A stretch of 63,398 bases of DNA, the filler included, from Salisapilia sapeloensis CBS 127946 (lineage: Eukaryota > Protista > Oomycota), in the NCBI GenBank assembly GCA_023334545.1. It is 7 parts of 7 records of this genome, joined end to end, with 100 filler letters (N's around TTAATTAATTAA, not from the genome) between each part and the next. Parts side by side here need not be neighbours in the genome. Positions count along the whole stretch, not along the records: positions 1 to 25,529 come from JAADVB010000249.1; positions 25,630 to 43,457 come from JAADVB010000332.1; 5 more parts are not named here. One strand, given 5' to 3'. The translations under genes and the position numbers were made by a program. Each line of letters begins with the position of its first letter. Positions within the stretch are counted from its first letter, which is position 1. This document shows positions 22,601-31,659 of the stretch, piece by piece. The notes under the pieces are model-generated. The model made no database searches. It had not been told where the DNA came from and worked only from the letters and a program-made list of their open reading frames with translations.

Positions 22601-25011
22601 TGCATGATTTGTCTTCTAAGCCTCCAACCAGCTCTTCCGTTCGACGGCCAGCTTCTAGATCCAATCGGCGCTACGCGTCTAGTTCTTACAATGGACTCGA
22701 GGCTTCTTCGACGTGGAAAACGCACTTGGAGCGAGCATGGGGTCCGCGTTCGGCACTAGTCGTAAAGCAGTCGACGGTTGATAGCCGAGACAAGCGCCAG
22801 GGATCCGTCTTGCGTTCCATGTTGTCCAACGCGCAGCTTGTCGGAAGAGATCCACTCAAGTCTCTTTATGATGGACTGCAGAGTCGCTGGCATGCATACG
22901 AATCTCAGTCCACTAGCCACTCTATATGTCTCTACCTTTTCCAGCGCCTGAGTTCGTGTAATACACAAGGTGCCGATGAACCAGTGTCTCGTGACATTAT
23001 CCAGACACTGCTGAAGAGTGGCCATGTTGTGCTCCACCGACGATTCCGAGTTGTTTTTGTCGAGCGATTCGAAGTTGCTCCGACAGAAGAGTCCGAAGCG
23101 GCTGCCATTCGACGGGGTGAGCAGAATGAGGAGATAATGACGCGTCTTCAGGCTGCTATGGACCTCGTCAACCTTGTCACGTACAAGCGGACCTTTGTGC
23201 TCTCACCGAAAGACGGCTACGTCGCTCGATTGCACTCGCAGCATACTATCTGGAGCATGTCCCAGTCGCAGCTGGAAGGAGAGGAGCTCCAAACACTCAA
23301 GCAGCAAACGATGCGAAACAGCTTCCGTCGGCGAATGGAACTGGCCCATGAGTTTTTCCATGACTACGCTCGGCATTTGCGGAGGCTCGGCTTCCAGCAT
23401 CTGCGCACCCTCCAGAGGGATGGTCAGGACGCATCAGAAGCCGGGTTGATCGACGTAAATTCCACCATTGACATTCCAGCGCCATCTAGTACTGCCTCCA
23501 GCACATTGTCGGATGTAGGTGCCATCGCCAACGATTCACAGGCGTTCACTGAGTACTTTTACTTTGCTGGTGTTCCTGGTCGCAGCGGAACGAACACTCG
23601 GAGACAGTCTAGTCATCGTCGGACGGCCAGTCTAGGAAATGGGCATGAAACGCCTGTGCTTTTGCTCGAAGTGACTTGTGACCATCACGGAGTTGGCCTC
23701 GAGGGTGTGCTCGTGACGAAGCGTGACTTGGAGCAGCATGCAAATGGTTACCAGGCTCGCCTGTCATCGAACACTCAGAGCAGTCTGATTGGAAAGGATC
23801 ACCCACTGACTGGTGACCTCGTCGCAGTGGCGTCTGCGTGGCTACGAGCGCACTTGCAAGCCAGCGCATGGGTGTATGGCTTTTGTGTTCGCTCTTTCCA
23901 GCGAAGTCTCACGACGTGGGCGACGGACGACCACAATGAGCGGAAGCTGCCAGCAGCATCTCCGTCCAGGTTTAAATCGGAGAGTGGGAGCTATCAGAAC
24001 TTGGTCAAAGGCCTGCAGTACTTCCTTGAACTCTTTCCTACGCCGCCTTCCGTCAACGTGAGCGCTGGACAGAAACCTCAGCGACGAGCGTCTCTGCCAC
24101 AAGACTGTAGCATTCGGTCGGCGGAAATTGTCCTTGAGCCCATTCTGCTGCAATCCAGCGAAGAAAAGATTCCGCTCCATCACTTGCTTCGCTACGTGGC
24201 GTGCCATGCCGGTCGATACGAAGTGATGGATCTCCTTCAATTTGGATCTCCTGATGCTGTCGTCTGTCAGTCGACTTCAGGGAGCTTTTACAACCGACAG
24301 TCCATCTATGGCTCATCTCCGACGAGGTCCCTACCTCGCTCTGGTGTAGGCTATTCGCTCGTGATCACGACACAGAACCAGACTGTGGTAGACCAATTGC
24401 AGTTGCTCCTCCTACGCTGTGCACCATTGTCGCTAAATAGTGCCCAGACTGGAGTCATCCCAATGGAGCGCGCCATCCAGGAAGCTCGCTCATTCGTCAC
24501 GGAACTGTTCCGCGCAGCTGCAGAGCACTATGAACGCGACTTACTATGGTCACGACTGCTGTATGACGATGTAGAAGGCACTGGTGTGCGTGTTGCTGAA
24601 TCGCTTGGTTTAAAGCCTTCTCAGTTCAGTGTTCACATCGGTCAGCAGCAGCTGGAGCAGTGTCTGAAGCTTTCCGAGTGCAGTAGTCTGGCAGCGATTG
24701 ACCCGATGTTGGGTGAAATGCTGACGCTGGAGGATGTGAGCTGGGATGAACTAGCAATGCAGCTGCGAGACCTGTACTCAGACCAGCTGCGAGAGTATCA
24801 ATTCGGCGATGAGGTTCATCTACTGTTGTTGTGCCCTAACACATTCGACTTAATTTTGCACATACAGCTATCTAACGGGAAGATCATTATCGAGGTGTGC
24901 CGCCGAGAAGAGCCTTTGGATCAGAAGTTCACTCCTGCCCAACGGCGAGTGATTTCGGACTTTGTCAATAGCATCGTGCATTGGCAATGGCGGTCGTTGC
25001 TGTACGATTGA
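13684..25011 (+). CDS. SZT2: SZT2 (KICSTOR scaffold) homolog, 3775 aa, intronless
   Basis: N-terminal block LDASRSSLSIDPATGRLFLDLLYESVELYLRGLL...FFPEIHLSV...MLHNAMFALHSLP...VVLVSDGV parallels the recalled SZT2 N-terminus (LDLSPS.G.VD..TGE.LFD...GGLL...QPEIYVT...ALQLLP...IIVITDGV); RVREGF motif; size fits. Confidence 0.82.
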   Translation: MRAARALALASSDIGTVNRATLALWHLRQLLPRLLHADGGSPLDAELDQLVEELGSEHNYDSDEGSEDDKGDGMDLGYGMRVAAVVWDDDDATESEDSRKEEERKNGNSTTQITPATQVSVVYDKYRCVICLDASRSSLSIDPATGRLFLDLLYESVELYLRGLLRPMCIGNITFFPEIHLSVMAQGSRVESLCMLTQDFVVTPANVAVLLQLLRDRIHWLEDDWSSRVPENVQEDEKVGEPERSSLGWMLHNAMFALHSLPATAAPSVVLVSDGVLDFFRTSAYDSLLMQLRRHDMECHFVRVGGSCADPSSAFGFVPDPELLRFVADSTDGRLFDFMALQQACFSSTMEEDVPKQDKQLYDMTSFQKAYFVRYSSVHTIAEPVLRIEDWCVPSSDGSSLLPLRPYEMYREKVHEYRIQADVERIVEARVREGFRLHAIETQRDGEVELESMYHAPSTVADSDSGSEGGGESYRLHFVFLLEWKQNVWVEYVVSCNASDPLQTPNGQELTSSDLYVKMNILSNVAFLRAYEDTMYYRSQSQTPMTGAGTPLALRDFIGSIQNVDRVLLHLMTATASVNASVDASAQFSFASKTNASSTALSAQAQASHPVFNIIGELTPVVWHRWFFVERFELLAVANHASSVDAFYRPANDNEANRSNNFSSMSTTRATNANRRNGGQSLEAPFGIAQVMDMLTPVLSEWSSQTLSKDLYLKFLAPVNDRKVLRHDRSHSGSRRRPRRSASSGKLLEESSASTAPRDGVSKSSLCFIRVEVKNKTICAIHVAFFATGGAAREQEMEDLKEKLVVGINEAVAASSTVPDMDASPSKSVVQSDRLINRLLVTNYTLQQFDTTPSERQEQPVQAAVTEGAWCCGGSELQLRSIFGAYMWHSNWMWEVASVDSLVSAMRRLHESRLQSGFWILDWTMDEDSNGHARTRSVIFGRELLMEDQNGHLKTSLVQYALRRVSDTCLMTSFWMEPQHGFVKARLSPKADTSDSFHWGLRHVVGHDIPVDDMYRHDYHPDYPDAEACPSAADCNPEEAERRSMEKEDERLGGSCNMYLSENDLLRLIQSYLYRSDRHLLSCLYTFDCVMNLRERIELLSQLSKDIEGTVGASWKEEEEIAARNGLLLPPFSTARLLGTARRSTERFLMYLQHDSAEGEVGEKKEEQPMASPANLYLYSMLEKTLRGLSDCEVSWTDFDGNCVGDDPIVSDVIGDETQMHATSEMDSMPVWLKWHGLSPSLQSKRSSQTIHKGKCFAKLVDDDVVVLAFLPSLETLQTRKRPNEGPLESSSHLSSVMEQAKSTIGSQFLGDLHRNSRARSSSSRPGLRAGMSADDIVLLHEQRRSFREGYKSWRMGFHHGSRDQKDGSDYSSSLPFLSSSPGDTEFCHELSRQSPFGCDFHVLIEQQREAPRTGFFQVAFYECSASQLSSKTLEVADKENSNLPLKILQRLFLSPEEAEVGSQGTYKQHVRSKSLGWTHMQGTEVVSTDEEVSLSLTSRRFQRKVKRAHEHNFTRGVYVALREGGELQRSDLAQAISSCVEVPIDLDITLLYRMLQLDASNRTELSFVAASDRRALKKELSKSLEAIVAKIFHRVSDTNYFYFTGAETTTSQDEFSEDEYNLHLLLEDGSEDIESISQTNETFSDNSADELTEEVVKNQSRRLRSTQTMPVRRRLSRRSGGRHQEMADEPSTPSSDEALELLDHHPAVVEDAEFNKEVAVATSTFSAPFFFRFEYRERGSRRYRANEEGQRPHDLPRAKRTQSFNLGSAPVASSMSSGNDGLALRIKSDGKDVARIAEWFTKSPSSRTVLRLVTLTLPNEQLLERSHDYYLRRGAPFDRNDVYTNSEASKAELFASLPLFQRQVISKVRTEIKEWSSMQILSILRRANQITPSIARLVQKLFEDLPSSACSKAKYPLDFVPGTFEGFLDPIDLFRQELLKGTFLHVHENDGVLFVVHPTVDGAAADDSQPAFEVRFWAYLVLGTRDVTLHLHQAENDSTSVSRLETLTSLHMSIANVCKRVNQYLLLLQLHETRSCNSYLLPPDANQSSSPQSPERSESPDKLAHVHDDDGVSGPFFWPGQFACDRQYAAFFKLHERLAPNIALNMLCTSALEQFEVHNRRQTFVYRDRDGHVFYMKIRVASSLDDASTASSDMTGILLEVFGVCKAGEEITLELCRLLERKLDEATQLIMMKLLARNAKFQLTASDVAFVCPSSANPSKVYEYEIPIDATRASAFRYYLCQMLSIAPYIRHLTNATPAQRRASNAASEVNVKWKNWKESVEGRGDEPASSYVSSFDGRGDSMYGAMGELVGAAGGKVQDEVVDHASFVLNLNPELRLSPTFLSLVGKGLGLLHVDLLVRTGDAPADATKVDLSNLDDVLSSIRRLGGETETSQSTIIVRCELFVRGGINSDGLMDYLHTGVKETVVDYAIETTLEDNAKSPENSDSFEPLMGSQSFLPAKVPELLGLLKKSTEMRSASVTRLLHASAFGTWDMSSVVYQLQQGLSCTPDHLQADVYYRNTSGHYEKIEDLTSWQRHEGQTVGDRCYRIVTRLQNEGEIKQPHRTHSAPATSEPKELSAELIHSDSVQSDLSEIDLATSRLSLSRMSTNSSDVLGNSATSFSTTHHHLKEFTESELMLYQPKTGKPLSTNPRDESVSRSFFCCLDISSKDGISFYGYNASYAFLEVLLVHFSRVLTWSQLRENLSRSLALVKTGARAAAPSGAKVVHPRHLYVSGGGNTISKGAFPLPKDAAVAFVPFWQVAADIIEAHSHLPNALKQHQLRLIDGSAFGKYLREAHVIASDADDSRRSRSRSNASLQGISTNESGLKEPSSVSSETQASSGEVRSSKSRGDRPLASPTKTSGSSQTKLRSNAGASNALLAARARARGGLPPGKFGGPPTSRPPTSSTCSDGVAPWDLPIANPKGPKLASAPTSATDVPPTSATSTHSTSSTTNEKDGDKGAAVRSGGNVSLHDLSSKPPTSSSVRRPASRSNRRYASSSYNGLEASSTWKTHLERAWGPRSALVVKQSTVDSRDKRQGSVLRSMLSNAQLVGRDPLKSLYDGLQSRWHAYESQSTSHSICLYLFQRLSSCNTQGADEPVSRDIIQTLLKSGHVVLHRRFRVVFVERFEVAPTEESEAAAIRRGEQNEEIMTRLQAAMDLVNLVTYKRTFVLSPKDGYVARLHSQHTIWSMSQSQLEGEELQTLKQQTMRNSFRRRMELAHEFFHDYARHLRRLGFQHLRTLQRDGQDASEAGLIDVNSTIDIPAPSSTASSTLSDVGAIANDSQAFTEYFYFAGVPGRSGTNTRRQSSHRRTASLGNGHETPVLLLEVTCDHHGVGLEGVLVTKRDLEQHANGYQARLSSNTQSSLIGKDHPLTGDLVAVASAWLRAHLQASAWVYGFCVRSFQRSLTTWATDDHNERKLPAASPSRFKSESGSYQNLVKGLQYFLELFPTPPSVNVSAGQKPQRRASLPQDCSIRSAEIVLEPILLQSSEEKIPLHHLLRYVACHAGRYEVMDLLQFGSPDAVVCQSTSGSFYNRQSIYGSSPTRSLPRSGVGYSLVITTQNQTVVDQLQLLLLRCAPLSLNSAQTGVIPMERAIQEARSFVTELFRAAAEHYERDLLWSRLLYDDVEGTGVRVAESLGLKPSQFSVHIGQQQLEQCLKLSECSSLAAIDPMLGEMLTLEDVSWDELAMQLRDLYSDQLREYQFGDEVHLLLLCPNTFDLILHIQLSNGKIIIEVCRREEPLDQKFTPAQRRVISDFVNSIVHWQWRSLLYD

Positions 25012-25295
25012 AGGAAACCCTTTTATAAGAAGTGAGTAGATGTACGGCGACTGGTTGATCAGGAGTTAAGAGTTGAAGACAGATACAATTACAACTTGTT
25101 TTGAGGGTCTTTTTGAAGTCAGACACTATTCAACTTATTAAAGTGGGAGTGGAATTAACTTTTTCAGAGTAAGGCCTTGCGGAAGGAGCCAAAGTTCAAA
25201 ACTAGTGACCGCTCGGTGCTTTACCGTTATTGAAGTTATGTGGAGTCTGTGATCTCCGAAGGTCGCTTTTTTGACAAAGAGTTTAGGGGGAATAA

Positions 25296-25401
25296 AAAGA
25301 ATGTTACATTTTCAAATTTAAATTAAAAAATGTTACACAATTCGAGAAACTAAAAGAAATGTTACATAATTTCGAGCATAAATGAAAAAAAATGTTACAT
25401 C
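25296..25401. repeat. Four spaced copies of AATGTTACA(N)AATTTC-like units (period 29-33 bp) in AT-rich DNA at the contig end
   Basis: ATGTTACA at 25301, 25330, 25359 and 25392. Confidence 0.75.
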
Positions 25402-25529
25402 AGTTAAAAATACGAAATTATCAAGGAATTATCAACTATTTCTGGTAAAGTTTGGGGTCAATTAGCAGTATGCGATGAGTATCGTGTAGAGCCACTTGAT
25501 CACCCAGATCTATCAGCGATTGTTAAGTC

Positions 25530-25629
25530 NNNNNNNNNNNNNNNNNNNNNNNNNNNNNNNNNNNNNNNNNNNNTTAATTAATTAANNNNNNNNNNNNNNN
25601 NNNNNNNNNNNNNNNNNNNNNNNNNNNNN
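25530..25629. other. Artificial contig spacer (44N-TTAATTAATTAA-44N)
   Basis: Identical 100-nt spacer recurs six times; the core gives stops in all six frames. Confidence 0.98.
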
Positions 25630-26026
25630 CGCCCGTCAAACGTGCCATAGATGTCTGAATCAGTCGATCCAATCTCCGATGCCGTCGCCATTGCGCTAGA
25701 GCTCCGATTCAGCTATGACTCTGCACATCCTTTAGACAAAGTACACTCATTCAGGAGAAAAATCCCATCTTCGTCCGTAATTTATGTTTTGCAACGCAAG
25801 TACGTCAGCAGCTTCTCTTGAAAATTGTATTAATCTGATAATGACCAGTTCTTATTGCATAAATTGAACGGCACAGGTGATTATGTCCACGATTTTCAAG
25901 TGCCTCGTCTGCTAGCTAAAATCAATTGAGCTACAGATACCACTGTTTAGGTTTGTATGGACGACGCGGCAGTGACAGGAGGGACTTGTCATTTTCATAT
26001 CAAGCCGTTGGAAGAGACCAGCTACC

Positions 26027-28536
26027 ATGGCCGCTGCCTCCGTCTTGTTAGCATGCCTTTTAGCATGCAGTCTCCTAGGCATTGACGGAAAGGATAGTAA
26101 TTCCATAGCCACCAAGACACTGCTCATGCAGCCGGATTGTCACGGGAATTGCAAGGGTTATGACGCTTGCGTTATCTACGACATTGACGACGATAATCCG
26201 TGTGATGATGCTGATGACTCGAAAGACAGTGACGACAGTTCACAAAAATCGAGTAAATGCCAGAAGACAGATAAAGACTCGGACTACCAGTACCAATGCT
26301 TTAACATGCTCAAAAAAGGGGGTAAATTTGTTGGTGCCTCCTTTGTCGTTATTTTTGGGAAATCGGCAGACGATGTCGATGACAACAAAGCTCATCTGGA
26401 TGACAAATATCTGGATACTGTCGATCTTCATTTCAATAAGACTGTAACGTCGTGGTAAGACCACATGAAATGTGTCTTGATTTTATTATCTAACTTCATG
26501 AGATAGGATGCTCTGTGGAAACCATTGTTATGTTGACGAACGGAAAGACAAAGCTGCGCAAGTCAAAATTTCTAATGAATCGCTCTCCTTTCCGGAGCGG
26601 GTCGACAAGGTCATGTTTAACAATATCGACTTTTCAGAAGATATGCCATCATTTTACCACTTAAACTCTTCGATAAAAGAGATCGAAATGAAGAATTGTC
26701 GAGTGCATGAAGTACCGGATGTATCGGAAATGGAAGATTTGGAAACATTGTGAGTTCACCCTTAGACATGAACTAGTGACATATTATCTCTTACCTAACT
26801 AACACGTGATTGATAGGACATTAAGCGGCAACTACATTAAAAAGTATCCTGCCAAGATGGCGCTACACAGCCTTAAGAACCTGTACGTATCTTCTTATCG
26901 GATCTCAAAGTCCAGCTGACCGATGCTTTTGATCTATCAACAGTGATTTACATGACAATGAGCTGGAATCTCTTGAAGGCGAATTTACCAACATGCAGTA
27001 CCTGTGGGTTGTTAACTATCGAATGAATTGACAACACGCTAATTTTCTATTTGCAGATATCTAAATAATAATTCCTTAAAGAGGATTCCAGAAACCATTG
27101 CCGACATGCCTATACTCGAGGAACTGTATGCTATCTTATATACTTGGACATAATGACAGAGCCATAACATGAGACGACGTAGATACTTGGGTTACAACAC
27201 ATTTACCGACCTGACGGTGTCTCCAGAGCTTTACGAAATTATAAACAGGACAGTTTTCGACCACAGGAGTGAAGAAATTCAGACAGATATGCTCGATTGT
27301 CCTGATGGAGAGATTCACAACGTTGGATTTACTTCTCTACAGGTTTGCGTCAGTGAGAAAGCTGGCGTAAGTCAAGATGGTAGCAATAGCTCATCATCAT
27401 CATCATCATCTTCCGAAACTACTGAAGCTACTGAAGTTACTGCAGAGGGCGGTATGTCCTCATCGACTGTCGTCTACATCGCGGTTCCCATCGTCGTCGT
27501 GATTTTCATCACTGCCGCCTTACTCTTCTTTTACTTAAAGCGACGAAAGCGAGCCAAATCACTGGACACACGTTCGTGGGGCTATGCTGATGCCAGCTCA
27601 CCGACACTAGCGGCAACGGAAGAGCGGAAGGTGGAAGGCGATAACTCGATTTGGAGCGACCAGCAGCTGATCAACTTCCAGCTAAACGTCCACGACATCC
27701 AAGACATCCGGAAGATTGGTGGAGGTGCTTTTGGTGTCGTGTATTTGGTCCAGTACCATAGCAAGTTCTACGCTTCCAAGCGGATGCGTGAAGAAAGGAA
27801 AGATGCAAACGATATTCAAAGATTCATTTCAGAAATTAAACTCGTGGCGGCACTCGAGCATCCGAATGTCGTGAAACTTGTTGGAGCTGCATGGACCAAG
27901 CGATCTGACTTCCAGGCGCTCTTTGAGTACATGGAGAACGGAGACTTGCGAAGCTACCTTCAAGGCTCTTCCTCTAATCGAGAATGGAGTGATGAAAAGC
28001 TTCACATTGCAAATGACATCATCCAGGCACTCGTGTATGTCCATTCTTTCTCTCCACCGTTGCTTCATCGAGACCTCAAGTCTCTCAACGTCTTGTTGGA
28101 TGAATCTTTTGTGGCCAAGTTGAGTGACTTTGGGACAGCCCGAAAGCATGAGTTGAACACGATGACGGTTGATGGTGTGGGAACAGTGCGATGGATGGCT
28201 CCAGAGATTCTTAGAGGAGAAGGACACTACACGCAGGCTTGCGATATATACTCGTTTGGAGTAATACTGACGGAGCTGTCGACGCATATGCTTCCGTACT
28301 ACGATCTTGTTCGAGATGACAAACGCGAAGGAAGTATGTTGTCTCTTGCAACTCGGGTTTCCACAGGCAGTGTTCGTCCGTCGTTATCAGGGTCGTGTCC
28401 GACTTCGATCCGGTCATTAGCTGAAAGGTGTCTCTCGAGTAACCCCGATGATCGTCCAACTGCTGCACAGATCCAGTACTACTTTCAGAAAATGTTGAAG
28501 ATTGGGTCTTCTAGTGGTAGCATGTCGTTTGAATGA
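26027..28536 (+). CDS. Oomycete LRR receptor-like kinase (TKL group), multi-exon
   Basis: Signal peptide, Cys-rich N-domain, short LRR exons (LSGNYIKKYP, DLHDNELESL, YLNNNSLKRIP), TM segment and kinase with GGGAFG, ASK, HRDLKSLN, DFG and GTVRWMAPE intact. Confidence 0.92.
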
Positions 28537-29909
28537 AAATGAAATGAAGACGTATTTCAAATATCAACATCTTTTATTTGATGCATTTAAAGATAGAGGA
28601 ATGATGTCATAAGCTGCTCTACACAAGATGTGCAAGTGTGCAAACTTACTTTCTACTGCTCATGAGTGCACCCCTCCTCAGTGCGATTAAAATCGATACT
28701 GCTTTGCGGATCAGCCAAGGTTGAGTCTGATGAAGGTCTTGTGCTCAGTTCAGCTCGGCTCTAAATAGCCTAAAGATAGTGCTATCATAACACTATTCGT
28801 GGGAATGTCAACCGGGCGAACGACTTGTCGTTCTTTCACGTTGAAACACAATCAAAAGCTCAGAAAATCATCAAATTTCATCAGATAGCAATCACATGGT
28901 CTTGATCGCGCGTAGATTGAAGATTCTTGAGAGTTAAACCGAGCAGAATCTTATTACTATCGGTCAGAGCGGCTTGGATACAAACGGTAAGAATCTACTC
29001 GATATACTTGCGAACGAATAAAACAATACATTCGGTGGCGGTGGCAACCATATTGACAGGTTTCGTGATTTCAAGTACTTGATCTCTATGGCTCCATTTA
29101 GAAATAAGGTCACCTCCAGCGGTGACAGAGCTAAAACAACTGGGGTTTATCTCAAGACAATCTTCCACACCAGTGCAAACATTTGAAGCAGTGGTCCGGG
29201 TGCATTCTGGGTGTCATAGTATTGAAGCTTATGTGCGTAAAGTCAAGCTAACATCACCTCGAACGAGTAGACGTCGTTCGACTCGATGTAGCCTGTTTTT
29301 TACTCAGCACTTTTGTTACCAGTCACTGCACGAATTATATGCCTTCCACCGTCATCATTGGTATTTCGCTACAGTATCTTCGAGTCTTCTTAGAAATGTA
29401 GAAGCATACCATCAATGCAGATATCTATGCATTGCATCATAAAATAAGCACTGGACCGGGGCAATGGTGCCATTTGCAGCGAACATAGTAGATAGCCTTT
29501 AATCTTGATCCTGCAAAAACTCACCAAAATAGTAATCTAACTTACATGAAAGTCTAGCGAAGAATGTATGTGCGTGTGAATTTATAAGGTATGATGAACA
29601 AGATAGACCATCCGGATTGTGACTTGTATCATATAAAACACAAATACATAAATCCCAATGTACCAATGCGATGAAAGAGTTTGAACTAAGATTAATGTTT
29701 ACGGAACTTGAGTTACCTCACAAAACGCACGGGCAGACAGTCACATGGAGAGTGAATTACATGCTTATGTACTTTATAAAATCATATAGTAACCAATAAG
29801 TAGTAAGTTTACCAAATGGTCAAGTCCAACTTCGGTCTGCTTCCAAGATTTTCGTAGATTGAGCCGATGCTAGCTACACGTCAAAACCTTGCAACAACCA
29901 AGAGGCAGT

Positions 29910-31659
29910 TCAGGTTGTGTCATCTTTGACTGAAGTGGTACAGTCGTCTTCCTGGTTTATTTTGTCGATATCGACGTAGAACTTGTCTAACTCTTGGTCC
30001 AAATCCGCAAACTGGTACTCATCCAGCATCGTGTCAAACTCCTGTAAGCTCACATCGTTGCCAGATCGGCTATCGTTACTGGCAGTACTCATTCGACGTC
30101 TACCTTGAGGCGGACAATACCCAATGTCGTCAAGGTTGAACGCATATATCGAATTGGTAGAATTCTTTCGGCTTGCACGTCCTTCTGCGTTGTAGGCATT
30201 GTCATTCCCAGTAGAACTATCAAAGATGTTGATTCGAGAGCCTTTTCTTGAGCTCTTTCGTTCAAAGCGATAATTATTGCTGCCACTCTTTCGTCGATTA
30301 CTTTCATTGTTATCTTCGTTCCCGTCTTTACCTCCACTACTGCTCACATGACAGTCTTCTTCTTCTGGATTAGAGTCTTGTGAATCAATGTTTGCTTGCT
30401 CAAAGAATTTGCTCAAGGCTTGTTGATCAGCACTATCTGCACGTACATGTCGTTGGGATTTCGTTCGCTCGATCGGATCTGAAAGATATTCAGAACCTCC
30501 TCGAGATGATAGCTCTGAATCATTCACTTTCTCATTAAAGAAAGTTGCAGGAACTTCGTTATATTTGCCAGTGGCAACACTAACGGTAGGTATATCTGTC
30601 CACTTGGGAGTCGGAATGTCCATAAAGGTATCAGCGAACTGATTGGGGCTCATTAGATCAAGGTCCGGTCCCCACAGCTTGTTACTTTCAGGGCTTAAAC
30701 GTGATGGTGTCCAGCCATCATCGAATCCATCAGGTATAACAGCGTCCGTGCCATCGAGACTAGTAAAAGCACCTTTACCAGAATTTAACTTGCGACGGGG
30801 AGTACTTGGGCGAGGTTGGGTGCATGAGGCCAAGTCGAATGGAAGGGCGTTATTAGTACGTTTTCGGACTTGAGGCTTGGTGCTGGTTTTGGACGACGTC
30901 ATAGGGTAGTTGAAGAGGTTACTATCGTGCGTTCCGATTGAGGCGTTCGTGCCGTTATAGTCAATTCGAGGAGAAATTCGGTTTAAGCATGGAGATTGGA
31001 GCTCGAAGAAGCCAAGCTCATTGAAAAATAATGTAGTTGTTGGGCTCGTAAGAGACTACATACACCTTTATTAGTAAAATATGAAACATATAATGGTATG
31101 CTTAAAGCAATTGACGCAAATAGGTAGTAGCGGATGGGTAATTTTGTTTGCTTACAGGAGCGTTTTTCTTCACTCGTGTTCCACTTGATCGGCTTCCACC
31201 CTTCGACCGGGCTTTGTTTGCTCCTTGACGACTTTGTCCAGACGAATTCTTGCCAGTGTTTGGTACTGCAGACAAACTCGATTTCTTTGGAGTCGAATTT
31301 GCCGATTTAGATTTTTCTTCTTGCGCACCGGTAGGCTCGATCGTGCAACTTGCCAAGCCAGTGGGTGCACCAGCCAACTGTCTTCTTTTCAGGTTAGCAA
31401 CCCATTGATCTCGCACAGAGTTTCGACTCGAACCATCATCTTGACCGTCATGCATTTCCGTCTATGTCACATAGGCGTTTCATGTGAGTCATGGTAGCTT
31501 CTAAGCATGGGTTTCTCGCTACTAATGATCATGCCTAGAAGAAAATGGGCTTACCTGGTGGGCGATAGATATCGGTGATAGCATGACTGGAGGCACTCCG
31601 TCAGCAGTTTGAATTGGTGCCGGGTAGTGCTTCGAAACCTCAATAGTGTCAGTCATCAT
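29910..31659 (-). CDS. Hypothetical low-complexity (Ser/Asn/Asp-rich) protein, 3 exons joining ORFs 31102-31455 and 29910-30902
   Basis: Phase-0 GT-AG joins (CAG|GTAAGC...CATAG|ACG and CCT|GTAAGC...TGTAG|TCT) keep one open frame from ATG 31659. Confidence 0.6.

Noticed and set aside
13688-24316. Dozens of 60-240 aa ORFs overlapping SZT2, and similar ones over other long genes
   Set aside because: Antisense or alternative-frame shadows expected in GC-rich coding DNA.
25574-25585. TTAATTAATTAA palindrome repeated six times
   Set aside because: Always centred in identical N-runs; it is an assembly spacer with stops in all frames.
29122-29442. Faint copia-RT-like words (LKQLGF, EAYVRKV); similarly KAIGSL near 53155
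   Set aside because: Too short and degenerate to support a TE call without a search.
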